Below, piece after piece: positions 28,924 through 38,358 of a DNA stretch of 64,000 nucleotides; within the stretch, counting starts at the first letter, position 1, and each line of letters starts with the position of its first letter. The DNA is from a bacterium. Lineage in GTDB: Bacteria > UBA8248. The notes beneath the pieces were generated by a model that saw only the letters and a list, made by a program, of their open reading frames with translations, did no database searches and was not told the origin of the DNA. The stretch lies in the NCBI GenBank assembly GCA_965207065.1, contig OZ242260.1:928001-992000 (forward strand). Direction: 5' to 3'. Made by a program: the position numbers and the translations under genes.

Positions 28924-30588
28924 CTAATTCTTCACGGCGTCCTTGCGCCTGGGCTCGGGGAAGACGTCCTGATCGATAATCACGTCGACGACGGCGGGGC
29001 CATCTTCCTTGAGGGCCTGCGCGTAGACATCTTCGAGATCCTCAGGATCTTCCACCCGGTAGCCCGCGGCGCCGAAGACGCGCGCGTATTCGTCGAACCT
29101 GGGGTTGCCGATGGCGTCGGCGATGTAGCGCCCCTCATAGAAATGCTTCTGGTAGGCGCGCTCGGAGCCCAGGTTGAAGTTGTTCAGGATGACACAGACG
29201 GTCGGCAGGTTCTCGCGCATCGCGGTCTCGAGCTCCGCCCCGTTGCACAGGAAAGCGCCGTCGCCGCTGATGGTGACGACCTTCTGGTGCGGACGCGCCA
29301 GCTTGGCACCCAGCCCCAGGGGATAACCGATGCCGATGGCCGCCAGGTCCTGCGGGGCCACGAAACTCCTGGCCTTATCGAAGCGTTGATATTCATACAC
29401 ATAGCCCGCGGCGCTGCCCGCGTCGTTCGTAATGATGGTGTTCTCGGGCAGGACTCTCGCGAGAGCCATCTGCGCGCGCCTGGGGTCGATGGGCTTTCCG
29501 CCGTATTCCAGGGCCCGTTCGCGGTGTTTTTCCTGCGCGTCGCGCACCGCCGCGGCCTCTGCCCGCCACGCGGGGCGCTCAACCCCCTCGCCCAGCCCGC
29601 CGAGCACGGTCCGAAGCGCAAGTCCCGCCTCCGCGTTCATGCCCACCTCGGTGGCGAAGTTCCGGCCGATGTTGTGCGGGTCCACGGCCGCGTGGATGAG
29701 TTTGGCGCTCCCGAAGAAACCGGGCCGCAGGAACGTGGTCGAGTGCGCGAGCCTGGTGCCGACGGCGAACACGACGTCCGCCTTCTCGAAAAGCGCATGC
29801 GCCTCGGGGAGCGTTCCGCGTCCGATGGAACCCAGGAACAGGGGGTGTCCGTTCGGGACCACGTCGTCCCTGCCGGTGGAAGTCATGATGGGCGCGTCGA
29901 GCGCTTCGGCCAGCGCTATCAGCTCGCCGCTCGCCTCATCCCAGAGCACGCCGCCGCCTCCGATGAGCAGGGGCCGCTCGGCGGATTTAAGCAGCGCCGC
30001 CGCCCGCGCGACCGCCTCGGGGTCGGGGGCGAGCCGCGCCCGCACCTGATGCGCCGGAGCGCCGTTCTCGGAATACTCCGCCGTCTCGTTCAGCACGTCG
30101 CGCGGCAGGTCGACGTGCACGGGGCCGGGTACGCCGGAGGTCGCCACGTGATACGCCTCGTTGATGACGTCGAAGGCGCGCTCGGGTTTTCTCACCTGAA
30201 CCGACCACTTCACCATGGGAGCGAACATGGCGATCTGGTCGAGTTCCTGGGTGGACTCGCGAAAGGTGTCCTTCATCATGGGGGCGCCGGTGATGACCAG
30301 CACCGGGCTTTGCGCCATCATCGAATGCGCCACGCCGGTGACGAGGTTCGTGGCGCCCGGGCCGTTGGTCGCCATGCACACGCCTACCTCTCCCGTGAGC
30401 CGCGCATAGGCGTCCGCCATCAGGGCGGCGCTTTGCTCGTGGCGCACCGTGAGGAATGAAATGTCGTCCCGGCCGTACATGCCGTCCAATATCTCGATCA
30501 TGCACGAACCCGCCATGCCGATTACGTGCCTCACCCCCAGTTTCGCGAGCGCATCCGCCACCGCGTGTCCAGCCGTCATGCTCACCAT
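28924..30588 (-). CDS. ThDP-dependent enzyme, acetolactate synthase/sulfoacetaldehyde acetyltransferase (Xsc)-like
   Basis: RHEQ, NGPG.TN, GDGA...NN ThDP motif. Confidence 0.85.
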   Translation of the reverse strand: MVSMTAGHAVADALAKLGVRHVIGMAGSCMIEILDGMYGRDDISFLTVRHEQSAALMADAYARLTGEVGVCMATNGPGATNLVTGVAHSMMAQSPVLVITGAPMMKDTFRESTQELDQIAMFAPMVKWSVQVRKPERAFDVINEAYHVATSGVPGPVHVDLPRDVLNETAEYSENGAPAHQVRARLAPDPEAVARAAALLKSAERPLLIGGGGVLWDEASGELIALAEALDAPIMTSTGRDDVVPNGHPLFLGSIGRGTLPEAHALFEKADVVFAVGTRLAHSTTFLRPGFFGSAKLIHAAVDPHNIGRNFATEVGMNAEAGLALRTVLGGLGEGVERPAWRAEAAAVRDAQEKHRERALEYGGKPIDPRRAQMALARVLPENTIITNDAGSAAGYVYEYQRFDKARSFVAPQDLAAIGIGYPLGLGAKLARPHQKVVTISGDGAFLCNGAELETAMRENLPTVCVILNNFNLGSERAYQKHFYEGRYIADAIGNPRFDEYARVFGAAGYRVEDPEDLEDVYAQALKEDGPAVVDVIIDQDVFPEPRRKDAVKN

Positions 30589-30711
30589 CAGTCCGTTCTC
30601 CTTGAAAACAACAAAATATTACCAGCAGGCGCGACCCCCCGCGCTTCATTTTTGGATGAATTTTGTCCGCAGAGATTAGGCCCGCGCGCGCGATTCGTCA
30701 AAGGCCTCAGG

Positions 30712-31440
30712 CTATCCGACGTTTCCTTTTGAGTGTATCGCGTTGGCGATGAGGTTCACCGCGTGGTCCGCGTTCGCCTCGGGCCTGGCCGTCTCGGCGA
30801 AACGGTAGAAACTCTTGGTGGGCTTGAGCGAATCCCCACCCAGAGCGCACAACTCCGCGCACAGGCGCTCGGCTTGTTCATCCAGGTCTGAATCCGCGAC
30901 CACGTGATTCACCATGCCGACCCGCCTGCCCTCTTCGGCGTCTATCTCCCGGCCCGTGATAACCATCTCGAAGCCGTGGCGCCTGTCCAGCTTTCTCGCC
31001 AGGTGGCTGATGACCACCGTGGGAGGAAAGCCCTCCTTGATCTCGGGAAATGCGATCCGCGCGGTGCCTGAAGCCAGCACGATGTCCGCACGGCTGATGA
31101 GCCCTGCACCCGGCCCAAAGGCGCGGCCTCTCAATGCCGCCACCGTCACGGCGGGAGAGAACTCCAGGGCGTCGTTCATCTTCACGATTGCCCGGAAGCG
31201 CTCTCTTATGGCGTTCACGGGCGGCAGCCCGGCGCCGCCGCGCACGCTCTCCCTGCCTGCGCAAAAATCCGCGCCCTCCCCGCTCAGCAGAACGACGTCG
31301 CACTCCTCACCCGCCTGAAGCAATGCTTCGGTGAGTTCTCCTATCATCTCGAAAGTGAGGCGGTTCGCCTCTGAGGCGCGAGCGAGCGTGACGCGGCCCA
31401 GAGCGTTTTCCTTCTCATACCGAACAGACGGCATTTTCAT
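30712..31440 (-). CDS. Enoyl-CoA hydratase/isomerase family protein
   Basis: DFCAGR, FPEIKEG, G.V..VV; start after GGAGGG. Confidence 0.85.
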   Translation of the reverse strand: MKMPSVRYEKENALGRVTLARASEANRLTFEMIGELTEALLQAGEECDVVLLSGEGADFCAGRESVRGGAGLPPVNAIRERFRAIVKMNDALEFSPAVTVAALRGRAFGPGAGLISRADIVLASGTARIAFPEIKEGFPPTVVISHLARKLDRRHGFEMVITGREIDAEEGRRVGMVNHVVADSDLDEQAERLCAELCALGGDSLKPTKSFYRFAETARPEANADHAVNLIANAIHSKGNVG

Positions 31441-31625
31441 CCCCTCCACGGAACAGAAGCCGGACGATTCCCCCAATATATTCGTACACCCTGAAATTTC
31501 CGGGATTATCGCCCGAAATCTTCCGAAAAGTAAAAACGAAAAAGGGCTTGCAAAATTATTCGTAATTTGTTTGTATTAGAAATGTTTTATTTTCGTAAAA
31601 TATATGTCATGAGGGCCCGGTTGCC

Positions 31626-32996
31626 GTGAGCGCCCTTGTTCATCAAAACGGGGCCGTCCATGTAGCGCGGGTGGAGAGCATCGCCACGGGCGGGGCGGGC
31701 GTCGCCCGTCTGGATGGCCGCGCCGTATTCATTCCCAAAACGGCCCCCGGAGACGCCGTCCGCTTCCGCGTCGTCAAGGAGAAGGGGAAGTACCTGATCG
31801 GCGAACTCGCGGAAATCATCCAGGCGGGGCCGGAACGAACCGCGCCTCCATGCGTCCACTGGAGCGACTGCGGGGGATGCGCCCTGCAGCACATCACACC
31901 CCAGGCCCAGCTGGAGGCCAAGAAACGAATCTTTATCGACGCACTCGCCCGCATCGGCAAGATCGACCTGGGCGTTCCCGTACAAACCATCGCGCTCCCC
32001 GGAAACGAGGAGCGCTACCGCATGCGCGCGCGGTTCCAGATACGAGACTCCGGGATCGGCTTTTTCGCTCCGGGCGCGCGGCGCCTGGTCGAGATCGAAG
32101 ACTGCCTGCTGGTGGAACGACCCATCGCCGACGCACTCGGCCAGCTCAGGCATCTCCTCCAGGCGGAGCCCAGGGCGAGGAGAATCGTGGCCGTGGAGAT
32201 TACCTCCCTTGGCGAAGTGGAAGAGGCGGCCGTGGGACTCTACCTGTACAAGTCGGGTTACCGGAGTCGTGGAAACCGGAAAATCGACCGCAGGACGCTG
32301 ATCGCCTGGAGGAAATTCGCCGAAGAAAACCACTTTCCGCTGGCCATGGCCGGCAGACGCGAACCCGGGGATCCGCCCCGGTGGATGGCGCGGTACCGGC
32401 CCGATGCGGCACACCCCGAATTATGCCTGGGCGTATCGCCCGAATCCTTCATCCAGCCGAACCGCGCGCTGAATCGACTGCTGGTGAAAAGCGTGGTCGA
32501 AGAGTGCCGGTTGAACGACGAGGCCCTCGTTCTGGACCTCTACTGCGGAGCGGGGAATTTCTCCCTGCCGCTGGCGCTCAGGGCCAAGCGCGTTCTGGGG
32601 GTCGAGGAAAACCCCTACGCCGTGGCCGACGCACTGCTCAACCGGGAGGAGAACGGAGTCGGCAACGCGGAGTTTCTGACCCAAGCCGTCCAGAAACTCA
32701 CGACAGAAGAGGTCGTGCCGAAACTCGGCGGCGAGAGGCCAGGTGTCGTCGTGCTCGACCCACCCCGAAAGGGCGCGCTGGAAGCGATGCCCCTGATTGC
32801 GGCGCTCGCGCCCAGCCAAGTCGTCTACGTCTCCTGCAACCCGGCCACCTTCGCGCGCGACGCCCGCGAACTCGCTTTGATCGGCTATCGCGCCAGAGCC
32901 GCCTATGTGTTCGACATGTTCCCCCATACCGCTCATCTGGAGATGCTTACATCGTGGACCCGGAAGAACGCTTCCGGTCCGACCCAACGATCCTGA
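31626..32996 (+). CDS. rlmD: 23S rRNA (uracil-C5)-methyltransferase RlmD/TrmA family
   Basis: TRAM domain, C.....CGGC Fe-S motif, SFIQ.N, DLYCGAG, DPPR, SCNP, DMFPHT.H.E. Confidence 0.9.
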   Translation: MSALVHQNGAVHVARVESIATGGAGVARLDGRAVFIPKTAPGDAVRFRVVKEKGKYLIGELAEIIQAGPERTAPPCVHWSDCGGCALQHITPQAQLEAKKRIFIDALARIGKIDLGVPVQTIALPGNEERYRMRARFQIRDSGIGFFAPGARRLVEIEDCLLVERPIADALGQLRHLLQAEPRARRIVAVEITSLGEVEEAAVGLYLYKSGYRSRGNRKIDRRTLIAWRKFAEENHFPLAMAGRREPGDPPRWMARYRPDAAHPELCLGVSPESFIQPNRALNRLLVKSVVEECRLNDEALVLDLYCGAGNFSLPLALRAKRVLGVEENPYAVADALLNREENGVGNAEFLTQAVQKLTTEEVVPKLGGERPGVVVLDPPRKGALEAMPLIAALAPSQVVYVSCNPATFARDARELALIGYRARAAYVFDMFPHTAHLEMLTSWTRKNASGPTQRS

Positions 32997-33010
32997 AAGG
33001 GAGGTATCTG

Positions 33011-33628
33011 ATGTTCCTCACGCGCAGGCAACGAGAAATTTACGAGTTCATCAAGGAGTTCATCGGGGCGAACGGCTACGCGCCCTCCATCGTGGAGATC
33101 GGAAAAAACTTCCACCTCACCTCGCCCGCCACGGTGCACAAGCACCTGCAGAACATCGCGGAAAAAGGCCTCATCAAGAGAAGCTGGAACAGAAGCCGGG
33201 CCATCGAGCTCGTCCCGGGTTCAGACACCATCGCCGCGAGTGCCGAACCGACGCGGGTGGAGCTTCCCCTGCGCGGCATGATCGCGGCAGGCATGCCGCT
33301 CGAGGCGATAGAGGACACCGAAACCATCCCCCTCCCCTGGTCTTCGGGGGACGGCAATCTCTACGTCCTGAAAGTCAAGGGCGACTCGATGATCGAGGAT
33401 CACATACAGGACGGGGACTACGTGATCGTGGAGAGCCGGAACAACGCGCTGAACGGCGAGACCGTGGTGGCGCTCGTGAACGGAGAGTCCGCCACGCTCA
33501 AGCGCTTCTACAGAGAGGGCGCGCAAATCAGGCTCCAGCCCGCGAACGAGGCGATGGCGCCCATCATGGTGAACGAAGCGGACCTCCATATCCAGGGCGT
33601 CGTCGTGGGTGTGCTCAGGAAATATTGA
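33011..33628 (+). CDS. lexA: SOS repressor LexA
   Basis: MFLTRRQ..PS..EI, AAG cleavage site, GDSM catalytic Ser, ATLKR catalytic Lys; C-terminal part of track ORF 31850..33628. Confidence 0.96.
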   Translation: MFLTRRQREIYEFIKEFIGANGYAPSIVEIGKNFHLTSPATVHKHLQNIAEKGLIKRSWNRSRAIELVPGSDTIAASAEPTRVELPLRGMIAAGMPLEAIEDTETIPLPWSSGDGNLYVLKVKGDSMIEDHIQDGDYVIVESRNNALNGETVVALVNGESATLKRFYREGAQIRLQPANEAMAPIMVNEADLHIQGVVVGVLRKY

Positions 33629-33659
33629 CGCCACAGCACTTCGCGTGAGAGGAATGGAC

Positions 33660-34883
33660 ATGCCTCTACGCCCCGAAGAGCCAGCGCCGGAGTCGACTCA
33701 CGAGGTCAGGCTCATCGCGCACGTGGACATGGACGCCTTTTTCGTGTCCGTGGAGCGCATGGACCGGCCCGACCTCGAAAACCAGCCGGTCATCGTGGGC
33801 GGCAGCACAGGAAGGCGCGGGGTGGTTTCCGCCGCGTCCTATGAGTCGCGTGCGTTCGGCGTGCACTCGGCCATGCCCATGGCCCGAGCCCGCGAGCTCT
33901 GCCCCCATGCCGTCTACATCCAGGCGAACCACAAGAAATACGGCGAGGCCTCCAGGCAGGTGATGAAGCTGCTCGGCGACTTCACGCCCGCGGTGCAGGC
34001 CGTCTCGGTGGATGAGGCGTATCTCGATTTGAGCGGCACCGAACGCCTGCACGGCCCCCCGCTTCTAACGGCGGCCAGGATACGGGAAGCGGTTTTGCGC
34101 GAGACGAACTGCTCGGCTTCCATCGGGCTGGCGTCTAGCCGCCTGGTGTCGAAAATCGCGTCCGGCCTCTCGAAACCCGCAGGCATCCTGCGCGTCTACC
34201 CGGGCGGTGAGGCGGCCTTTCTGCGTCCCCTCAAGGTGAGCAAAATCCCCGGCGTGGGCAAGGTGATGGTCCAGAAACTGAACCGCCTGGGCATCACGAC
34301 CATCGGCGATCTCGGCAACCAGTCGCTGCCCTTCCTGGAGGCGCAGTTCAAGAATTTGGGACCCGAACTCTACCGAAAGGCGCGGGGGCTGGATGATTCC
34401 GAACTCGAACTCGACAGCCGGCCCAAGAGCATCGGCAAGGAGACCACCTTCGCAGAAGATACCGCCGACCGGGCGAAGCTCGAAGCCATACTCACGGGCC
34501 TGGCCGAGGAGGCGAGCGCGCGCGTGCGCCGCAAGGGTCTATGCGTCAGGCACATTACCCTCAAAATCCGGTTTTCCGATTTCACGACGCTCACGCGTTC
34601 GTTCACGCTCGAAAAGCCCACCCATCTCGACAAGGAAATCATCGAACCCGCGCTCGATCTGCTGCGGCGCACCTGCGCGAAAGAGGGCAGGAACCGCAAA
34701 TTCCGCCTGCTGGGCGTTTACCTTTCAGGACTGGATGAGTCCCGTGCGCAGCCGCTGCTGTTCGAGGATCGGGACAGGGAGAAGGAGGAGCGCCTGGTGG
34801 AGAGCCTCGATGAGATCCGAGAGCGCTTCGGACATGAGGCCGTCTTCTCGCGAAAGAGCGTGGAGCGGATCAAGAAACCTTAG
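33660..34883 (+). CDS. dinB: DNA polymerase IV
   Basis: HVDMDAFF, SAASYE.R.FG, SVDEAYLD, SKPAG; start 33654 or 33660. Confidence 0.95.
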   Translation: MPLRPEEPAPESTHEVRLIAHVDMDAFFVSVERMDRPDLENQPVIVGGSTGRRGVVSAASYESRAFGVHSAMPMARARELCPHAVYIQANHKKYGEASRQVMKLLGDFTPAVQAVSVDEAYLDLSGTERLHGPPLLTAARIREAVLRETNCSASIGLASSRLVSKIASGLSKPAGILRVYPGGEAAFLRPLKVSKIPGVGKVMVQKLNRLGITTIGDLGNQSLPFLEAQFKNLGPELYRKARGLDDSELELDSRPKSIGKETTFAEDTADRAKLEAILTGLAEEASARVRRKGLCVRHITLKIRFSDFTTLTRSFTLEKPTHLDKEIIEPALDLLRRTCAKEGRNRKFRLLGVYLSGLDESRAQPLLFEDRDREKEERLVESLDEIRERFGHEAVFSRKSVERIKKP

Positions 34884-35280
34884 AGGCTGTTGAAAAAGTT
34901 TTCTCCGCCTCATCCTGCGCAGTGGCCTCCCCGACCGCCTCATCCTGAGTAGCGGCTAAGCCGCGTATCGAAGGTTTGACCCGACCGAGGAGGGAGCGGT
35001 AGGGACAGGCCCCCGTGCCTGTCCTTGGCTTACGCGCCCCTCCTGTATCGGGGTGAATACGACCGACGGGCGGCCACGGTCGAACTTTCCTCCTCGGGAA
35101 GTTCGACGCCCCTGCGGTCTCAATTCGAAGGGGCGCGCAGGACTTTTTCGGGAATAGAGGAGACGCCCCTTTCGACCTGAAAACCAACCCCCCCTACCCC
35201 CCCTTGTCAGGGGGGCAAGAAACAGCAAAACCCCCTCTGCCCGGCGGGGGCGCGTCGCCTTTTTATACCCCCCTGATAAA

Positions 35281-36794
35281 GGGGCTGTTGAAAAACCCGG
35301 TGTTGGAAGCGGGCGTTTTGGCGGCTCACGCGGCGGCGGAGAGGCAGCCCAATCGGCGCGTGAGGGCGCCATGTGCGCGCAGACGACATCTCCGGGCGAA
35401 CCAGGCCCTCCACAAGGCGAATAAACGCGCCGCAAAAGCGGCGGCCAGCCGCTTGAGGTTCACCGCAATCGCCGTCAGGTAGGACTGGATCTTCATGTTC
35501 GCAAGGCCCCGGCGCACCGCCCGCCCCAGTCCGTGCCGGCTCTTCGCCTCGCCGTGGTAGCCCTCCGAGCGCCAACGGTGGCGGCCATAGAGCCGCTTCT
35601 CCTCCTCCCCCCAGCGCGCATGCCGCCGACGCGCGCGCAACAGCGCCGGATACTCGTTGGGAATCAACACCGCCTTGCTCGTTTGCGACTTCGACAGACA
35701 ATCGGACCGGAGCGCGCAGCCCGCGCAATCCCGCGTCCTCGAACCATAGTAGCGCCCCTGCTCCGTCGCCTGCCGGGGACGCAGCGTCTTGCCCCCCGGA
35801 CACTTCACCACCTCGTTGCGCGCGTCGTAGTGGAACAACTGCAGCGGAACACGGCTCTGGGAAGGTTCCTTCTTCGCCGGTATCAACGCTTCCACGCCCC
35901 GACTCTCCAACGCCGCGTACACCTTCGAGTACGCATACCCCGAATCCGCCGTCACCAACTCCGGCGCGCGGCCAGACAACTCGCTTACCGCCTCTATATG
36001 GGACGCCATCATCTTCCGCTCGTCCAATGTCCCCTCCGTCACCGCCACGTCGAGAACAACACCCCGCTCATCGTCCACCGCCGCGTGGTGCTTGTAGCTC
36101 GGCTCGGACCTCGCCCGCGCGCTCTTGCGCGCAAGCCGCGCGTCGGGGTCCGTCCGGCTCACCGGACCCCCGCCGCCTCCTCCCTTCTTCCCGGCCTCAT
36201 CCTCGACGGGATTCTCCTCAATCACCTTCTCCGCGTGGTGCGCCGCCAGACTATCCCAGCTCACGTCCGCGCGTATCAACGAGGCGTCCACGTGCACCAC
36301 CTCCCCCTTCGCCACATTCGCCTCCAGACAAGCCTGCACCGTGCGACGGAATATCTCCTTGAACCGAGCCTCCCCCCACCGCTGACGTATCCGCGTCAGG
36401 CTCGAATGATGCGGCAACTCCTCGTGCAGCCCGTACCCGATGAACCACCGGATCGCCAGGTGCGCCCGCGCCTCGCGAAGCAGACGCCGGTCGTGTACGT
36501 AGCCCAGCAACATACCCGCAAGCATCAAGCGGAGCGCCACCTCCGGGTCGATCCCCGGGCGACCATTGTCCGCGCAATAGCAATCCGACACCTCCTCCCG
36601 TAGCCAACTCAAATCCAGTACGCGGTCCACGCGCATCAGGACGTGATCCTCGGGGATCAGCCGATCCAGCGAACCCGCCACGAACAAATCCATCTGCTCG
36701 CGCCTCTTCCTGCCTATCATCGAGGGAACTCCCATCTCGGGCGAGATAGTGTCATTACACCCAATCACAATGCCGGGGGTTTTTCAACAGCCCC
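35281..36794 (-). mobile_element. IS1182-family insertion sequence
   Basis: 18-bp terminal IRs GGGGCTGTTGAAAAACCC; (G)ATAA duplicated on both flanks; inserted in hairpin CCCCCCTGATAAGGGGGG. Confidence 0.93.
35326..36720 (-). CDS. IS1182 DDE transposase
   Basis: GRPGIDP, PHHSSLTRIRQR, HVDASL, ADSGY, CP.G Zn-ribbon, E..HGEAK..HGL. Confidence 0.92.
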   Translation of the reverse strand: MIGRKRREQMDLFVAGSLDRLIPEDHVLMRVDRVLDLSWLREEVSDCYCADNGRPGIDPEVALRLMLAGMLLGYVHDRRLLREARAHLAIRWFIGYGLHEELPHHSSLTRIRQRWGEARFKEIFRRTVQACLEANVAKGEVVHVDASLIRADVSWDSLAAHHAEKVIEENPVEDEAGKKGGGGGGPVSRTDPDARLARKSARARSEPSYKHHAAVDDERGVVLDVAVTEGTLDERKMMASHIEAVSELSGRAPELVTADSGYAYSKVYAALESRGVEALIPAKKEPSQSRVPLQLFHYDARNEVVKCPGGKTLRPRQATEQGRYYGSRTRDCAGCALRSDCLSKSQTSKAVLIPNEYPALLRARRRHARWGEEEKRLYGRHRWRSEGYHGEAKSRHGLGRAVRRGLANMKIQSYLTAIAVNLKRLAAAFAARLFALWRAWFARRCRLRAHGALTRRLGCLSAAA

Positions 36795-36849
36795 GATAAG
36801 GGGGGGTAGGGGGGGTTGCTCTTTGGACAAAGGCTTTTGCAACAACCCC

Positions 36850-37764
36850 CTAGAGGCGGACCAGGATCAGGATCGTTCCCACCACCGTCATCACCGCGCC
36901 GAGGACGAGCTTGCCCGTGATGTTCTCACTCTCCCGCAGGAACAGGTGAGAAACCATGATCACCAGAAGGGGCTGGACCGACGTGATGGAAGTGACGCCC
37001 ACCGCGTAGGTGCGCGCCATGGCGTTGCTGAACGAGGGCACCGCTATCGTCTGGCAGACGGCGGCGATGAGCATCCACTTCCAGCTCGCCCGGGGGATTT
37101 TCTCCGCCGTCTCCCTGTGAGCGAATCCGATCGCCAGCACCCAGGCGAAGCCAAGCCCTATCCAGATGAGGAGCGCCGATGCGGCCAGCGCGTTCATGTC
37201 GAGCGTGATGGTCCGCACCATGACGCCCGAGACGCTCCAGTTCAGCGTGGTCAGGCCCGCCGAGATATAGCCCTTGACGACGTCCTTTCGCGTGTGGCCC
37301 ATCTCGAGGTTCGGCTGCGCAGGTGCCGAGCGCACCACCATGTTGAGTCCCAGGATGAGGCACAGAAGCCCCAGGATGATGAGAAACGTGAACGGCTCGC
37401 CCAGGAATATGGTCGCCAGTATTGCGGTGACGGCGGGCGTGCTCGCCGCGATGGGAATGGTGCGGCTCGGCCCGATGCGCCTGATGGCGTAGTAGTAGGT
37501 GAGCCTCGATATGGTGATCATGAAAAAGGCGGTGATCGGCAGCAGGATCCACGTTCTCGTCGTCCCGGGCTGAAAGGCCGAAACCGGCAGGGTGAAGTAG
37601 ATCAGAACGGCGACGAAGACGCCGTTCAAGGTCGACATGCATGCCGTCGTCCTCAGGAGCGGCGCGTTCTTCATCGCCAGGCGTACGCAAAAGGACAGGC
37701 TCGTCCAGCTCAGAAGCGCCGAGGTAGCGAACAGCAGGCCCACGACATGGGTAGATAGGTTCAT
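36850..37764 (-). CDS. DMT/EamA family transporter
   Basis: 10 TM in two repeats, IFLGE / LFLRE ends. Confidence 0.88.
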   Translation of the reverse strand: MNLSTHVVGLLFATSALLSWTSLSFCVRLAMKNAPLLRTTACMSTLNGVFVAVLIYFTLPVSAFQPGTTRTWILLPITAFFMITISRLTYYYAIRRIGPSRTIPIAASTPAVTAILATIFLGEPFTFLIILGLLCLILGLNMVVRSAPAQPNLEMGHTRKDVVKGYISAGLTTLNWSVSGVMVRTITLDMNALAASALLIWIGLGFAWVLAIGFAHRETAEKIPRASWKWMLIAAVCQTIAVPSFSNAMARTYAVGVTSITSVQPLLVIMVSHLFLRESENITGKLVLGAVMTVVGTILILVRL

Positions 37765-37804
37765 AACCGCTTTCTGGTGTTCGTAAAGATTTTCCGAACG
37801 GCCG

Positions 37805-38263
37805 CTATCCGGGTCGCTTCAGCGTCCAGTTGTCATTCACGCGCGTCGCCGTACTCATGAACAGATAGAGGATGCAGCCCGCGCGAAACTTCTCCTTCAC
37901 CTCATCGAGTTCCTCCGCAGAGCCCGCCGAGGTCACCTCGATATCGAGTTCCACGCCGATGACCCCCCCGTTCTCCGCGTGCGGGTCGCCGGGAGAGAAG
38001 CGCTCCATGGTGAGGCGACCCTCTATCGCGCAATCATTGATCGTCATGCCGACTTCGTTTGCGAACAACTCCACGTGCGCGGCGCCGCAGCCCGTCAGCG
38101 CGCCGAGCATGTACTCGGCGGGGGTGGGATGCTCGAACAGACCGCCGCGCTCTACGGGTTCGTCGCTCGAGAATTCGGGGCAATCGCGGGCCTGTATCCG
38201 CGCGCGCAAATCCCCCATCCACTGCGCGTTCGCCACCCGGGTGATGGTATTCTGATCGCTCAT
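37805..38263 (-). CDS. OsmC family protein
   Basis: DEP..GG...PTP.E..LGAL.GC and a second Cys (GCIL). Confidence 0.85.
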   Translation of the reverse strand: MSDQNTITRVANAQWMGDLRARIQARDCPEFSSDEPVERGGLFEHPTPAEYMLGALTGCGAAHVELFANEVGMTINDCAIEGRLTMERFSPGDPHAENGGVIGVELDIEVTSAGSAEELDEVKEKFRAGCILYLFMSTATRVNDNWTLKRPG

Positions 38264-38358
38264 GCCGACGCCCTCTTCAGATAAGGTGAAATCGCCCGTA
38301 GCCTACTACATCACATCCGCGCCGCGCCATGCGGATCGGGTGCGCGCGCAATCACTCC

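Larger units (their letters stand above)
34883..36849. mobile_element. Composite MITE-like element with IS1182-type ends, containing several REP-like palindromes and a nested IS1182
   Basis: Left GAGGCTGTTGAAAAAG, right CTTTTGCAACAACCCC. Inside: CTCATCCTGAG..TCGAAGG palindrome, GTAG REP at 34999-35025, and an AACCCCCCCTACCCCCCCTT..CAGGGGGG doublet. Confidence 0.6.

Noticed and set aside
28924-30588. Firm xsc gene call
   Set aside because: Resemblance is only family-level and no pta or taurine-degradation genes are adjacent.
31850-33010. Long N-terminal extension on LexA (592-aa ORF)
   Set aside because: Off-frame overlap with rlmD; LexA has its own RBS (GGGAGG) and ATG at 33011.
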